Part shown: positions 12,330 through 27,919 of the stretch, piece by piece
How the letters are laid out: each line of letters opens with the position of its first letter
Numbering within the stretch: the stretch's first letter is position 1
Source: the human T2T-CHM13v2.0 reference genome, Homo sapiens
Assembly: GCF_009914755.1 (NCBI RefSeq)
Contig: NC_060929.1
DNA length: 64,000 nucleotides
Strand: one strand, 5' to 3'
Notes under the pieces: generated by a model
Seen by the model: only the letters and a program-made list of their open reading frames with translations
Databases searched by the model: none
Told to the model about the DNA's origin: nothing
Position numbers and translations under genes: made by a program

Positions 12330-12905
12330 CACATTCCAAGTTTCCAAAGAGAACAGCACAAGATACTGGGGAGACCCAGAGAAACACCTAGTGCAGCTGG
12401 GAGGAAAGCAATTTAGTTCCCTGGAAGAGATGAAGCCCCAGACAGGCCCCAATAATGAGTAGGAGTTGGCATGGAGCAGAGGTGCAGATGGGAGCTCCAG
12501 GGAGCAGGTGACAAAGATCCAGGTATGTTTGGGGTCCTGGAAAGATTGCAGGGTTCTGGAATATAATGTGGAGGAGAGGGGAGGGGGAAGTGAGAGATGA
12601 GCTAGGGTCTGTGAACAGGGTTCGATGGAGAAGGGCATTGCCTGCTGTGCTGAGGCATGCAGAGATGAGATCATCTGCAGGCAGTGGGGAGCCATGGACA
12701 GGTTTTTAGAACAGGAATGGCACGATCAGATTTATGTGTTAGAAACATGATTTTGAAGGCTATGCGGAAGCAGCCTGCAGGGGTGAGCCTGAAGGTAGGA
12801 AGGCCACCAAGGAAAGCGGTGCCTGGAGGTGGCCAATGGGATACAGTGAAAACGGTGGATTCCAGAAATCAGTGTTGGCGGAAAATCCGATAAGACTTGG
12901 CGACA
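12330..12905 (-). mobile_element. L2 LINE fragment
   Basis: ggcagtggggagccatggacaggtttttagaacaggaatggcacgatcagatttatgtgttagaaa. Confidence 0.75.
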
Positions 12906-13328
12906 GCTGCAGCATCCCTGAAGGAGGCTGATTTGCATAAAAGCTGGGTCTCTGCAAAGTTCCACCCCTATTGATGGGTGGTTAATTGAATTCATTCATC
13001 TAACAGCAAACATTTATAGATGCTGACTCTGCTGGGAGCCCTGAGCTAGGTGCTGAGAGGAAGAATGAGGAAGAGCTGATTCCTGCACACCAAGTGGCAA
13101 GCCACCAAGAAACCTTGCTTTTTAAAAGGCTTTTCTGACCCAGCATCCTATAAAGCAGATGGTAGCCTTCCCCGACCCCCTTTCCAGCTCCCGAGTTCTC
13201 TGGCTGAGAGAATACGAGTTGCTGCCACTGCACCCAGGCAAGAAGAGCCAGACCTTACCACAGTTTACCGTGAGCTGGGCACTGTGCCCGGGGGCTTGTC
13301 ACTGACTAGCTTATTCTAGGATGGGGTT

Positions 13329-13549
13329 CAGGGTTCAGCAAACTTTCTGTAAAGGGTCAGAGAGTCAAAACTTTAGGCTTGAGGTCCATACGGTCTCTGT
13401 TACAACTACTCAATTCCACCATTGTAATGTGAAAGCAGCCATAGACAAAACATACATGAATTAACGTGGCTGCATTCCAATAAAACTTTATTTACAGAAA
13501 CAGGTGGTGGGCCAAATTTGGTCCACAGGCCACACTTTGCCAGACCCTG
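13329..13549. mobile_element. MER58A (hAT-Charlie MITE), complete
   Basis: TIRs cagggttcagcaaac / tttgccagaccctg; aataaaactttattta core; 8-bp TSD ATGGGGTT (13321-13328) / ATGGAGTT (13550-13557). Confidence 0.92.
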
Positions 13550-13585
13550 ATGGAGTTCTCAGGATTCTACTTGTGCTATAGAAAC

Positions 13586-14010
13586 TGTGCATCAGGCAGG
13601 GTCCAGGAACAGATGGCTACTCACGTGGGGAATTGAGGAGGGGGTCACTGGAGGGCTTTCGACAAGGGTGGCAGGTGAAGAGGAATTGACAGGGCTGCTG
13701 AAGTCCTCCCAGGAGAGCAACAGTGGGGAGCTGTTGCAAACCCTAGGATTGGAGGGACAGCAGGAGGCGTGATCATCAGAACCCACAAGACCTGCTGCAT
13801 GGAGAGAGGGAGGGCCACCCAGCGGAAGCTGTAGCCTTCGGTAATGAGTCACAGCCTGTCAAGAGCGGCTGGGAGGAAAGCACTCTGACCTGCTTTCCCT
13901 CCTGCTATCCAGTCTCCTGCTATTGCCCCCCTTTGACTGGACCCAGCAGAGGCTGGGGGCAAGGGAGCCCACTGAGGCAGGTGGAGAAGGGTGGACTGGC
14001 AAGTGGAGGG
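13586..14010 (-). mobile_element. ERVL solo LTR (LTR33-like)
   Basis: cagggtccaggaacagatggc, gcaacagtggggagctgtt...ccctagg, ggggcaagggagccc. Confidence 0.7.
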
Positions 14011-14244
14011 CAAAGAGAATCCCAGATCCACAGCTGCGGGAGTCTAAACAGGCGCCCAAAGTCATGCAGCTAGCGAGCGACAGTGCTTTGATTTTAAGCC
14101 ACCTTTGGTCAGCAAGTTCTCCAGTGGCCAGGTTCTCTCTGGGCAGAGGCTGACATGGGAGGAGATAGAGGATGTGCCAAAGGACAGGCGGGCTGAAGGA
14201 GGGGCTCGCCGTGGGCAGGGATTTTTCTCAGACAAAAATAGCCC

Positions 14245-14360
14245 CCAGTGGGAATCCGACAGTCCTGGTTCAAATCCCAGCTCAGCTACTTGCTGCTGTG
14301 GTCTGGCTCAGGTCATTATGCCTCTCAGAACCTCAGCTTCCTTATCTGCAAAGCTGAGGT
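14245..14360 (+). mobile_element. MIR SINE fragment
   Basis: ctggttcaaatcccagctc...cctcagcttccttatctgcaaa. Confidence 0.75.
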
Positions 14361-14379
14361 GAGATTCTCTTTATTTGTA

Positions 14380-14562
14380 CAGTGTTTCTCAGGGGTGGTC
14401 AAGAGACTTCCAGTCCAGACTTCCTGGAGTGCTGGTTAAAAAAGCAAATTCTCAGTCTGTCTCAGACTGTCTGAATCAGACTCCGTGGGTGGGATCAGAA
14501 AATGTGTCTTCCGACAAGGTTCTGGGGTGATTCGAATGCACCCCAATGCATGAGAGACCAGT
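14380..14562. mobile_element. MER5A/B (hAT-Charlie MITE)
   Basis: cagtgtttctca...gttaaaaaagcaaattc...ctgaatcagactc...ggtgattcgaatgcac...tgagagacca. Confidence 0.8.
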
Positions 14563-15959
14563 CTATTGGCTTCTTGTGATAATGAAATCAACCTGTCCAC
14601 ACAGCTGTAGGCCCGTTGCAGACCCATCATCTATGGGCAGCCCCTATGAGCTGCACTGTTGATCTCAATCAGTTCATCAAATCATCGTGGCAACCAGAGA
14701 GATGGAGTTACTCTCATTCCCATTTCGTGGATGAGAAAAGTGAGACTGGGAGAGATCCAAACACTTGTCTCAGCCAGATGGATAACCACTGGCTGGGACA
14801 CAGTAAGAGCCAGTTCACTTCCTCTTGCCCTCCCCAGGAGAAGAGAGGGCTAAGCAGGGAGGCCACGGCAGAAGCGGAGCCCTGTGCAACCATGGGCAAG
14901 GACCCAGAGGACCCCCTGGGGCAAATTCAAGCGCTGAAGGGGAAAGGCCATGTTCCCCACAGGAAACTGCAGAGAGGGGCCACCCAGGAAAGCCTGGCAA
15001 ACTCGTCTGAGCCTAGGCGGCCCCAGGAGAGAGGCACAACTTCTGCTGAGCTGTGAAGCCTCAGCGATGCTATATGAAATCAGCCGGGCTGGGTAATTCA
15101 CATTAAGGCACCGGAAGCTGTCTAACAGAGGCCTTTTTCTCCTTCTTTTAAATTAAGCAATGGGATTTGCTCATGGACTTTAGGGTCCTAAATACTCTTG
15201 ACTCCTATGGTGAGGGGGAAATGTATCTTTGTGAGACTGAGACTTCTTTCATGGGCATCTTTGTGCAGAGGTACCTAGAGATGTATTTTTTAAAGCTAAT
15301 AAATCAGAAAACTTGTTTGAATCCCAATCCAGAACAGATGTAATGCATATGGTCAGTAGACTTGGAGTTGCAAATAAATATGTTTGGAAACCAAATATTT
15401 GAAAAGCAATTCTTCTTCTCATTTTTTTTTTTTAAGTGTCACTGCCAAGATCGGTTCAGGGATTTGGTTTCCCCTGAAGTTGTTGCCACAGCACTATACT
15501 CTCTCAGCCAGAAAGGAGATATAGTAATGCCCCAGGCTAGGGGTGCAGAGAGGTTTCAACTTGCGTGCAAGTTGGGGTTGATTGGTTGTGGCTGCCTGAA
15601 GTGCTAGGCAGAGAAGGAACCTAGGCTCAGCTAGAAAGAGTGCTATGATCCATTAGCAATGTCTGCCCTAGGACTGGTCGTAGGCAGTGGAAGTACATAA
15701 TTGCCATCCCTGTCCTAAGTGTTTTAGGATTTGCTAAACCCTGAGCTACCTGCTTTTTTAATAGGACTGTGTTTTGTTTATTTTGAATGTAGTGCAATGA
15801 AAATTTTAGGGTACAGAAAAATCGGGGATATTGAAGAGGTTCACTCACCCTCTAAATGCAATGCCCACATAATAACTAAATAGGCCTCTCACTAACCCAG
15901 CCCTCTACCTGAAGATAGAACAGGTAATCCTCTGAACAGGCCTGGGTCCCAGAGGTGGC

Positions 15960-16160
15960 ACTTATCACAAATACTTACCTTTTGTTTATTTTATTTATTG
16001 TTTGTTTGTTTGTATACTGGATTATTGACTGTTTCCTCCCTAGAACATCAGCTTCATGAGGACAGGGACTTTGTCTATTTCTGTTCATTGCTTTGTACCC
16101 CACATTTAGCTAGCAGTGTATGGCACATTATATGGACTAAATTGATCTTTGCTGAATAAA
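15960..16160 (+). mobile_element. L2 LINE 3' end
   Basis: ctagaacatcagcttcatgaggacagggactttgtct...tggcacat...ttgctgaataaa. Confidence 0.8.
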
Positions 16161-16354
16161 AGTCTTTTTTTTCCATTTTTTTGTTCATTCCCTCACACGT
16201 GTGCTTTCTGATACCTTCACTACTCTGAGCTCAGTCCAGGGCTGGGTCTGAAAATTCAGATATAATAAACCTCCAGCCTGCTGAGGGAGCTAGATATGTC
16301 ATTTAGTGATCCTAGAACAGCACGAAAAGGTCACAATAAAAGTAGGTGCTGGGA

Positions 16355-16680
16355 GGCCAGGCATGGTAGCTCAGGCCTGTAATCCCAGCACTTTGGGAGG
16401 CAGAGATGGGCAGATCACTTGAGGTCAGGAGTTTGAGACCAGCCTGGCCAACACGGGGGAAACCCATCTCTACTAAAGATACAAAAAAAAATTAGCTGGC
16501 CATGGTGGTAGGTGCCTTGGCCATGGTGGTGGGATGGGTTATCCAAGCTTCTAGGCAGGCTGGGGCAGGAGAATTGCTTGAACCTGGGAGACAGAGGTTG
16601 TAGTGAGCTGAGATTGCACCACTGCACTCCAACCTGGGTGACAGAGTGAGACTCCATCTCCCCCACCAAAAAAAAAAAAA
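16355..16680 (+). mobile_element. AluS, full length, with a 20-nt internal insertion
   Basis: ggccaggcatggtagctcaggcctgtaatcccagc through the A tail; TSD AAAAGTAGGTGCTG on both sides; inserted in an antisense L2. Confidence 0.95.
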
Positions 16681-17779
16681 GTAGGTGCTGAGGCAGAAGT
16701 GACACATCAGGGAGAAATGATGCATTGGAGCACCAGGAGAGAATTCACAGAGGCTTCCTATTGACCTAGGGTTTTGAAAATGAGTAGACATTTTCCAAGG
16801 AGAGTTGGATGTATTATGTTTTTTACAAGTATGTAGGATCCCATGCTGACCCAATCTTTGGGGACAGCCTTTGAGCCCTCCCTGGTGTGATTCAGAGAAA
16901 GTCAGACCTCTTGCCCCAGTCCAGATGATCTTCGTTATGGGCATTCTGCAAGGACCTTGTTAGCAGAAAAGCCTCATCCTCACTGGTTCTGTGGTGAGCA
17001 CCGACCCCTCCACCCGCTGCCCTAGGGATATTGTCCTCAATGCCTCCCTGCCTGGCTCAGAGGCACGTGCAGCCTGTTTTTACAGCTTTTTACTGAGCTG
17101 AGCTGGGAGAAAATGCCAGCTTGATCCATTTTTCTTTCCTGTTCTTCAGACATGTGCAGGCAAAAAAGCTGGCTCAGCAGATTGCCTGCCTGGAGGATTT
17201 TGGATGGAAGGCAAGTTCAGAGTCTCATCATTTAAAAGACCTGCTCTCTTCGAAAGTAATGGTAACAATAATCGTAATAACAGCTACCGTGGGTGGCTGG
17301 CACGCTTGCTCAGTGCACCCCTGGACCGCCACTTTACTTGCACTATTTTACAGAAGCTTCACCAGGACCTTGTAAAGTTGCTGTTATTTTTTCTATTTTC
17401 CCATGTGAACCTTAAGTCCAAGTTTATACAGGTAGAAGTCAGAAAGAAAACCGTAGTTCTCGGACTCCTGAACTCACACCTTGCCTTTCCATTTATCTGT
17501 CTGTTTAAATTTATTTATTGATACTCTTACTCCTTTCAAAAAAGATTTGAGGCAATGATGGAAATACAAGCAGAAAAAGAAAAAACAAATTAAACCAACC
17601 AAGGCTATCAGAGCCAAGAGACTCTGAGACAGGAAAGTTCAGTATTTTCTGCAACGGTTGAGTACCGTATTTTTTGTATATCAGGTCAGCCCAGTTTGTT
17701 AATTGTGTTATTCAGGTCCTCTCTGTCTTCACTGATTCCATCTGCTATTTTCTGTCAGTCACTGAGAAATGTGTGTTAA

Positions 17780-18260
<481 letters not shown>

Positions 18261-18855
18261 TAAAGTTGCCTTTGCCAATAACGTAGCCTAGTTCCATTTG
18301 CAGGGAATTTTTTTTTTCATCCTTTCACTCACTCAACCTCACGGGGTCGTTATATTTAAGATGTGTCTCTGACAAGCAGCATGTAATTCTATTTTTGTTT
18401 TTGTTTTTAATCCTAGCTTTGCAATCATTACCTTTTAATAGGAATATTTAGTTTATTCACCTTTAATGTAAGTGTCCATATATTGAATTATAGGTGTATA
18501 TGTACAATCACATTATCTGTTTTCCATCGGTCTCATCTGTTTTATGTTCTTCTCTCTTGATTTTCTTGTCTTCTTTTCAATTAATCATTTATTTGTTATT
18601 TAAATTTTACCCTCTATTATGTTGGTAGTTTACATTCTCATACTATTCTTTTAGGACTTTTCTTAACAATGACAATAAGCATCCTTGTCTTATTGAAGCC
18701 TACTAGATGACAGTACTATTACCGTTTATAAACAGTAAAATTAAGACATTTTAATTTTGTTATTTTAATTTAATTTACTCTCTTTCAATTTAAATGTTAT
18801 TGCTGTCAAATATTTTTTATTCTACATGTATTTAAAATGCCACAAGATATTATCA

Positions 18856-19559
<704 letters not shown>

Positions 19560-20540
19560 TATTGTCATGATTTTATGCAGTCAAACTTCATCTAGAGTTA
19601 TCTACATATCTAGCCCTTCCATTGCTTGTCAATTCTTCCTGCATTTCTGTGCATCTTTCTGAGATAGTATTTCTTTTAGCACTTCTAAATGAAGTTTATG
19701 AGGAAACTCCTTTTAATTTTGGTGCAAGTCATCTGATAGCAAATTCTCTGTTGTTGTTTGTCTGGAAATGTCTTTGAGGCCCCATTTTTAAAGGACATTT
19801 TCACTGGCTATAAACTATGCTGGCAATAATGTTATCCCAGCACTCTCAATATGTTATTCCATTGTCTTTTGGTTTACATCATTTCAGTTTCCTGTCTTAG
19901 TTTGTTTCTTTGATGATAAAGTGTCATTTTCATTCTAACTACTTTTAAAATTCTCTTTGTCTTTGGCCTTCAGCAATTTTACTCTCATGTGCTAAGGTGT
20001 GTTTTTCGTCTGTATTTATTCAGCTTGGAGTTCCTAGTGATTCATGAATCTGTAGTTTGACCTTTTTACCAGGTTTTTAAAAAATGTTTAGCTATTATCT
20101 TCTTAAAAGTGACTTCTGTCTTGTTGTCTTTTTTCTACCCTTCTTGGACTCCAATTGCATGTAAGAAAGATCTTTTCACCATTTTCATATGTATTTTATG
20201 GCTTTTTAAATTTCTATTCTTTTAACCTTTATGCTTCAATTTGTATATTTTCTATGAATCCATCTTTCAGGTCATTAAACTTTTCTTTAGCTGTATCTAA
20301 TTTGATATTAAAATCACTGCCTGTATTCTTAATTTCAATTATTATATTTTTAATGTCTAATATTTTCATGTGATTCTTTTTTAAAGATTGATTTCTCTAG
20401 TGAAAATGTTCAACTTGTCATCTATTTTCTTGAATATATTAATCTCAATTTTTAAAGTCTATGTCTGATTATTCTAATACTCAGATCACCTGTGGGCCTG
20501 TTTGTATTATATATATTTTTTCTCTTGGTATGCCTGATAA

Positions 20541-20849
<309 letters not shown>

Positions 20850-21149
20850 TGAGTATTGAAAACTTTTGTATAAAAAATTTTAGAAGCTCCAGATGATGTT
20901 ATTTTCCTCCAAAGATAGGATTTTCTTTAGCTTCTGACAGGCTGTTATAATAGAAGTGCATAGAATCAGCTCAAACAGGAGCTGAACTGATTCAATAATG
21001 AGTTTTAATCTTTGTAATGTCTGGCCCATTTCCAGCTCACCTTTATTCCTAGGGTGTAGGCTGACATGAGTCTTACCTGAAAGCCAATTCGACTATTTCA
21101 GGAAAAAATAGAGGCACGTATTAGAGAAGCAGCATGACTGTGGGAATAT

Positions 21150-21520
21150 AGGAGTATATCTGGGAACTTAGGAGCCATAAGAACCAGGGAGCTGAGCACC
21201 CCAGGACTCTCTCTCCTCATTTGGAATGCCTCTTTTCCTCTGATTTCTGACTTTACCTTCTCAGACCGTTGTGGCTCGGAACATGGTCACCAGCAGTTAC
21301 CAAGAGCACATTTCTAAGATCCTCTACCACAGAAGGACAAAGACCTGATCCCTCTCTGTCAAAAATTTCAAGACAGAGCAGTGATCCGGTCACTTTGTGT
21401 CAATCACTATAGCCAAGTAGGAAGAACCCCAGGGAACACAGATGACTGAGTCATAGCCACAAGGCTGGTGTGGAGAAAGGAACATTTCTCAAAAGAGTGA
21501 GGAGGATAGATAGAGTTGGG
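21150..21520 (-). mobile_element. Highly diverged MaLR LTR (MLT1M/N-like)
   Basis: aacatggtcaccagcag, gtcactttgtgtcaatcactatagcca. Confidence 0.4.
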
Positions 21521-21708
21521 TGCAAAACTATAGCTATCTAGTGCAGCAGGGCACTGAGGTTTGATATTCCCCAGAAATGTGCTGCTGCTCTTAAAATGAA
21601 TGAAAGTGCTCCCTTTAGTTAATACGCTGTGAGTACTGAAGGGTTTCCCCAAGCTCCTAGCGGACAGAAACTTCCTGCTGTATCTCCTGTGATAATAATC
21701 ATAATAAT

Positions 21709-22134
21709 AATAGCAAAGACTTGGAACCAACCCGAATGTCCAACAATGATAGACTGGATTAAGAAAATGTGGCACATATACACCATGGAAAGCTATGCAG
21801 CCATAAAAAATGATGAGTTCATGTCCTTTGTAGGGACATGGATGAAACTGGAAACCATCATTCTCAGCAAACTATCACAAGGACAAAAAACCAAACACCA
21901 CATGTTCTCACTCATAGGTGGGAATTGAACAATAAGAACACATGAACACAGGAAGGGGAACATCACACACCGGGGCCTGTTGTGGGGTGGGGGTGGGGGG
22001 AGGGATAGCATTAGGAGATATACCTAATGTTGAAGGATGAGTTAATGGGTGCAGCACACCAACATGGCACATGCATATATATGTAACAAACCTGCACGTT
22101 GTGCAAATGTACCCTAAAACTTAAAGTATAATAA

Positions 22135-22172
<38 letters not shown>
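21709..22172 (+). mobile_element. 5'-truncated L1PA (PA3-PA5-like): ORF2 C-terminus, 3' UTR and (AAT)n tail
   Basis: Translates to IAKTWNQP...WIKKMWHIYTMESYAAIKNDEFMSFVGTWMKLETIILSKLSQ...MFSLIGGN*, the L1 ORF2p C-terminus; G-rich 3' UTR; ends ccctaaaacttaaagtataataaa. Confidence 0.97.
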
Positions 22173-22173
<1 letters not shown>

Positions 22174-22289
22174 TGCTATCTACTAAGCAGTCCAGTCCTG
22201 GGTCAGGAAGCCTTTACACATCTCTCATAAGAACATCTCCCATCTGTCTGCAAAGCAGGTATAACTATGCCCATTTTCAGAAGAGTAGC

Positions 22290-23718
<1,429 letters not shown>

Positions 23719-24729
23719 TTCCACGTTCAGACGAGGAAACAAAGTCTGAGGGAGATGAAGTCATTTGCTCAAGGCCATGCAGCTAATAAATGATGAGGCC
23801 GGTAAGTGGAAAACATGGTCTCTGAAAAACAGCAGAGGTCAAGATGAATGGATTCCCTTCTGTCAGCCTCCTCACCCCTCTGTTGGGCCTTGGAGCAATA
23901 AAGACACAAGAGATATTAAGGAGTTGGCATGAGGTCTGACTAAGAGCGAGTGTCCTTGCAGCAACCAGAACCCAGTGTGCCTGATTCCACCCCAACAAGC
24001 ATCCTCTGTCTAGGTGTTAACATAAATTAGTGGTCTTTGACGGAATCCAAGGGCTTCCCTGGGGGATCCACCAGAGCCAATGTGGAGAGTCAAAGCTCTG
24101 GAATTCAAGCCCAAGCCTTGTTTATGATCTTTCCTCCTCCCTGGGGAGACTGTGCTATCTGCTATCTCTTATGCCAGAGCTTCTCCTTTTCCTGAAGGGA
24201 AGGTCCCTGACTCCTGGAAAGGTGGACAGGTGCAGGATGTAAGAACCTCTCCGTGTGACCTTGGTGGATGATTCTGGAATTGCTATAATAGGAAGTAGAA
24301 TATTGAACAAAGTAGGACATGTATCCTCTTGCATACAGAAGATTTGGGCTTTCATCTCTTTAAAAGCAAAAATACAGGGAAATGTTGGAGCAAGTATGGT
24401 CACTTTCCTTCCTCAACTCTTCATTGACTCTGTGTTTGAAAATTGGGCCTCATATATCCATCCCACCATGCCTAAAGGGTGAGCAAGATTCCAGGACAGA
24501 ATCTCCAAGAGCTTCTTACTCAGTGATCATTGGAGACAGACATGCAATGCACCGTGTAGTGTTAACACGCAGGAGGTTAAGTGCAAGCTCTCAGGCCCTT
24601 TGATGTATTAAACACCAAGGACTTTAACGTAATAGAACTGTAAACCTCAAATCAGAGCTAATCACACTAATTTGCTGAACTCCAAAACCAAACCAAAATG
24701 TTCATTTCTTCTTAAACTAAACCACAGAT

Positions 24730-25000
24730 CCAAGTTGTTTTGATCTACAAATCTATCTAACAAAAGATTTGAGGTGGCTTACAAAAAACTACATGCAATA
24801 AAACAAAACTCTAACTAGATAAAAACCAGGATCAGGGGAAAAAAATCAAAAGAATCAAAACCAGAGGGAATATTACAACATAGATATGCAAGACCTATGT
24901 AGTAATTTAAGTTGAATCGATGAGTTCCTGAGCCCCCTGGCAGCCAAAGCAATACGGAAGACATATTGGTTACATGACATACATTATTCATAAAGAGAAA
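24730..25000 (-). mobile_element. Ancient LINE 3' end (L4/RTE-X-like)
   Basis: caaaagatttgaggtggcttacaa; a related segment (aaaaagatttgaggc) lies at about 17510-17660. Family assigned from memory. Confidence 0.4.
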
Positions 25001-27614
25001 TAATTTTTAAACAGTCTTTAACTGGTTTAAAATGAAGCTAAATCTCTTCCCATAGTAGGAAAGAAAGATAACAAAATATTCTCTGAATCACACTTAAAGT
25101 ACTTCATTTGCTTCAAGATCCTGTTTAATACACATAATGGTTTCAAACACATGAATTTATTTACCATTTAGTTTCCATTTCTATTGGCTTTCAAACCTTG
25201 CTTAAAGATATTAATATAATTTCCATAAACCCAGTGGGTCCAGATTTTCCTTTTTCGCATACTTGCCTGAAACTATCTCAAGCTCTTGCTGTATTGGTTT
25301 TGTACACGACCTCATTGTTTTAGCAATTAAAGGATAAAACTTGCACGCGTGTCTCCAGGGAGATGAGAATTCAAGAGGTTAAGTGTCGGCCTTGCACTGC
25401 TGAGTGTGGTTCCTAATCCCCAGAGAGCTCCCCTAAACTGTTTGGATAAACTGAGGAAATGTCAGGGGGAGTTCTGACACTGAGCATGACATTAATCTTC
25501 GTAACCATTCCTCCAGATGTGCACAAATGTTCCAAGGATGCTGAATATCCAAGCTCACCACAGCAGCCCACTCTTCTAGGCAGTGGGGGTGGGGAGAGTG
25601 GGGCGGGGGGATCAGGAGGGATGGAGGAGGTTGGGGGTGGGGCAGCCATTTCTGTTCTCTTTCCTAAGTATTCTCATGGCTTAAAAAGATCTGTGTGCTT
25701 ACACTTGCAGAGATGAACATTAACATTATTTCAAGTGACCATGAGAAAACGCTCAGTACCTCCGTTTCATGTAACAATATTTGCAAGTCATACAGCTATA
25801 GTTATAGCTATAGCTCTACCTAGATTGGGTGCATATATACTCAAGTGTCAATAATATTCATAAATATTTATTTAAAATAACACCCAATCTCTCTGGGTGG
25901 AGGAAATTTTACTATTCATACTTTTCCAAGTTTTCTACAACTAACATACATTGTTTTACAATGACCAAAAAATGACCAAAAAAAATAGTTTTTTCTTTTA
26001 TACCTTAAATGTAGTCATTTTAGAATATCCAAAGGGTCTCACATCTATTTGTAGCAGGAAACTCTCTGTACATCCAAGATGTATGCGTCATTTTTTTTCC
26101 TAGTGACCCTATGAGGCTGTGGCTAATATTTACGTGGCGATATACACACTACAGGCCAGGCATCCTTTAAAGGTTTTTAAACAGCCCCACCCTTAAGAGA
26201 CATTGGAACTGGTTCTCAGATTGTACACTTGCTCTTATTGCTTCTGGGGGGCTCAGATCAGTTTGCAAATACTGTTGAATTTAAAAAGGAGTTTTAGTAC
26301 CCACTGTGTAATTTGTCCTCACCCCATCTGTCGACTGCAGAAACAAATTAGCTTCTCTCCACATGGTCTGCCGCTCCCCTGTTCCTTCCCCACCCCACAT
26401 CCCCAGCTGCAGTCCCTTTCCAAGAATCCAAGACTTGGGAAGAAAAGCTGAGTGCAAAAAAGAACTTTTCTTGCCAAGACAATAAGCAGTGCGGGCAGCA
26501 TATGTCTGCACGTACATGTGTGTGCATGGTGCACATGCGTAAGTGTGTTTACAAGTGTCTGTGTGTATGGACACTTCTGCAGGTAACCAGTGCACAGTCC
26601 TCCAGCTCAAGGCATCAGATGAGGTCACATTTCTGCTAAGAGCCAAATTATAGCATCTCCTGCTTACTGTAAAAAAGTCATTTCTCCCCAGTGGCCCTTC
26701 TGTGATGATCAAGTTGTCCAGGGCCTACTTGGACCAGGACATAAGGCCTGGTTACTATCTTCTGGAAGAGAAAACTGGGAAGTCTGATGGTGTCCTTGGC
26801 TGCAGCCACATGACGTTTCTGGATAAAACAGGGAGCTTACCACTCAGAAGCAAGGTTTCTCTCACCCCATGTGGGGTGCGGCAGAGAAACAGGCAGTGTG
26901 TGGGGTTTTGTCTGCTACAGTGGTGACTTCAGCAGCTCAGACCCCTTGAGTCAGCATTTCTCAGTGTAGAATGGGACAGGAAGTCCCGTGGTTCTAGTGG
27001 TGTGCTCAATAGGCCTCTGTGCCAAAGGAGGCGATGCCAGGTGCTGGACCCACAAGGCTGGGTTCAGCATTGGCACACTGGCGGCCTCACCTACCCACAG
27101 TGTTGAGCTTGGGTTCCTGAGCCAGACCTCCTTTCCGGCTGGACAGGGTGAGGGAGCGTTTGGTCAAGTGCTGTCCGTCATCAGAGGCCTTCTCACAACT
27201 TTGAACCTCAAAGATGAGTGTTGGGGTCTCAGTCCCATTCCTTCCAGAAGTCCTCTGGGCCTGTATGCAGATAGCCTCACCTTCCTCCCAGTAACCATCA
27301 AGCCCCATGAAGAAGGAGTAGCAGGGGAAATGGAGTCCACTAAAAGGCCGAAGCCCTCGGCTCTGATGAAAACAAATACCTACCCGCTTCTAAATTCGAA
27401 CCCAGACAGTGAATGTCTGCTTGTCTGATGCCCACATAATTAGAAAAACAATTCAAGTGCTTTTGGCTTAAACACAAAAGACCTTTTATGCTAGGAACAG
27501 AACTGGATGACACTTTTAAAAATGACAGTTTTTGCTTTTAAAAAATAATAAAATAGAACAATAAAAATAAACCCTGCATCAGTAATAACCCCAGTACATG
27601 TGTATGTGAATATA

Positions 27615-27885
27615 TGCCTATAATAATACTTATCACTTAACGAGTGCTATATATGTAGCAGGCACTGAGCCAAGCACTCCACAGGCAACACATTCTTTTA
27701 TTCTCCAAACAACCCAGTGAGTTAAAAAAAATTTAAAACTATTCTTAGCCCTACACAGCAAATGATGAAACAGAGGCGTAAAGAGGTTAAAATAATCTGT
27801 CCAAGGTTGCCCAGCCCAAAAGTTGTATTAAAGGCAACAGGCAAATCCAGGTTATCTGCTTATCTGACTTCAAAGTCTTCATTGT
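27615..27885 (-). mobile_element. MIR SINE
   Basis: tatgtagcaggcactgagccaagcac...gatgaaacagaggc...agaggttaa...ccaaggt. Confidence 0.8.
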
Positions 27886-27919
27886 GTGCATGATTTTTTA
27901 AACCGATGAACTTCAATTA

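Noticed and set aside
14616-15056. 146-aa ORF
   Set aside because: The 5' part overlaps an antisense MIR; no recognisable domain and no exon evidence.
15945-15963. CTCF-like CCCAGAGGTGGCAC
   Set aside because: Several mismatches in the core; cannot be supported without ChIP data.
21629-21928. 99-aa ORF with a recognisable protein sequence
   Set aside because: It is the last ~72 residues of L1 ORF2p in a 5'-truncated, dead L1PA.
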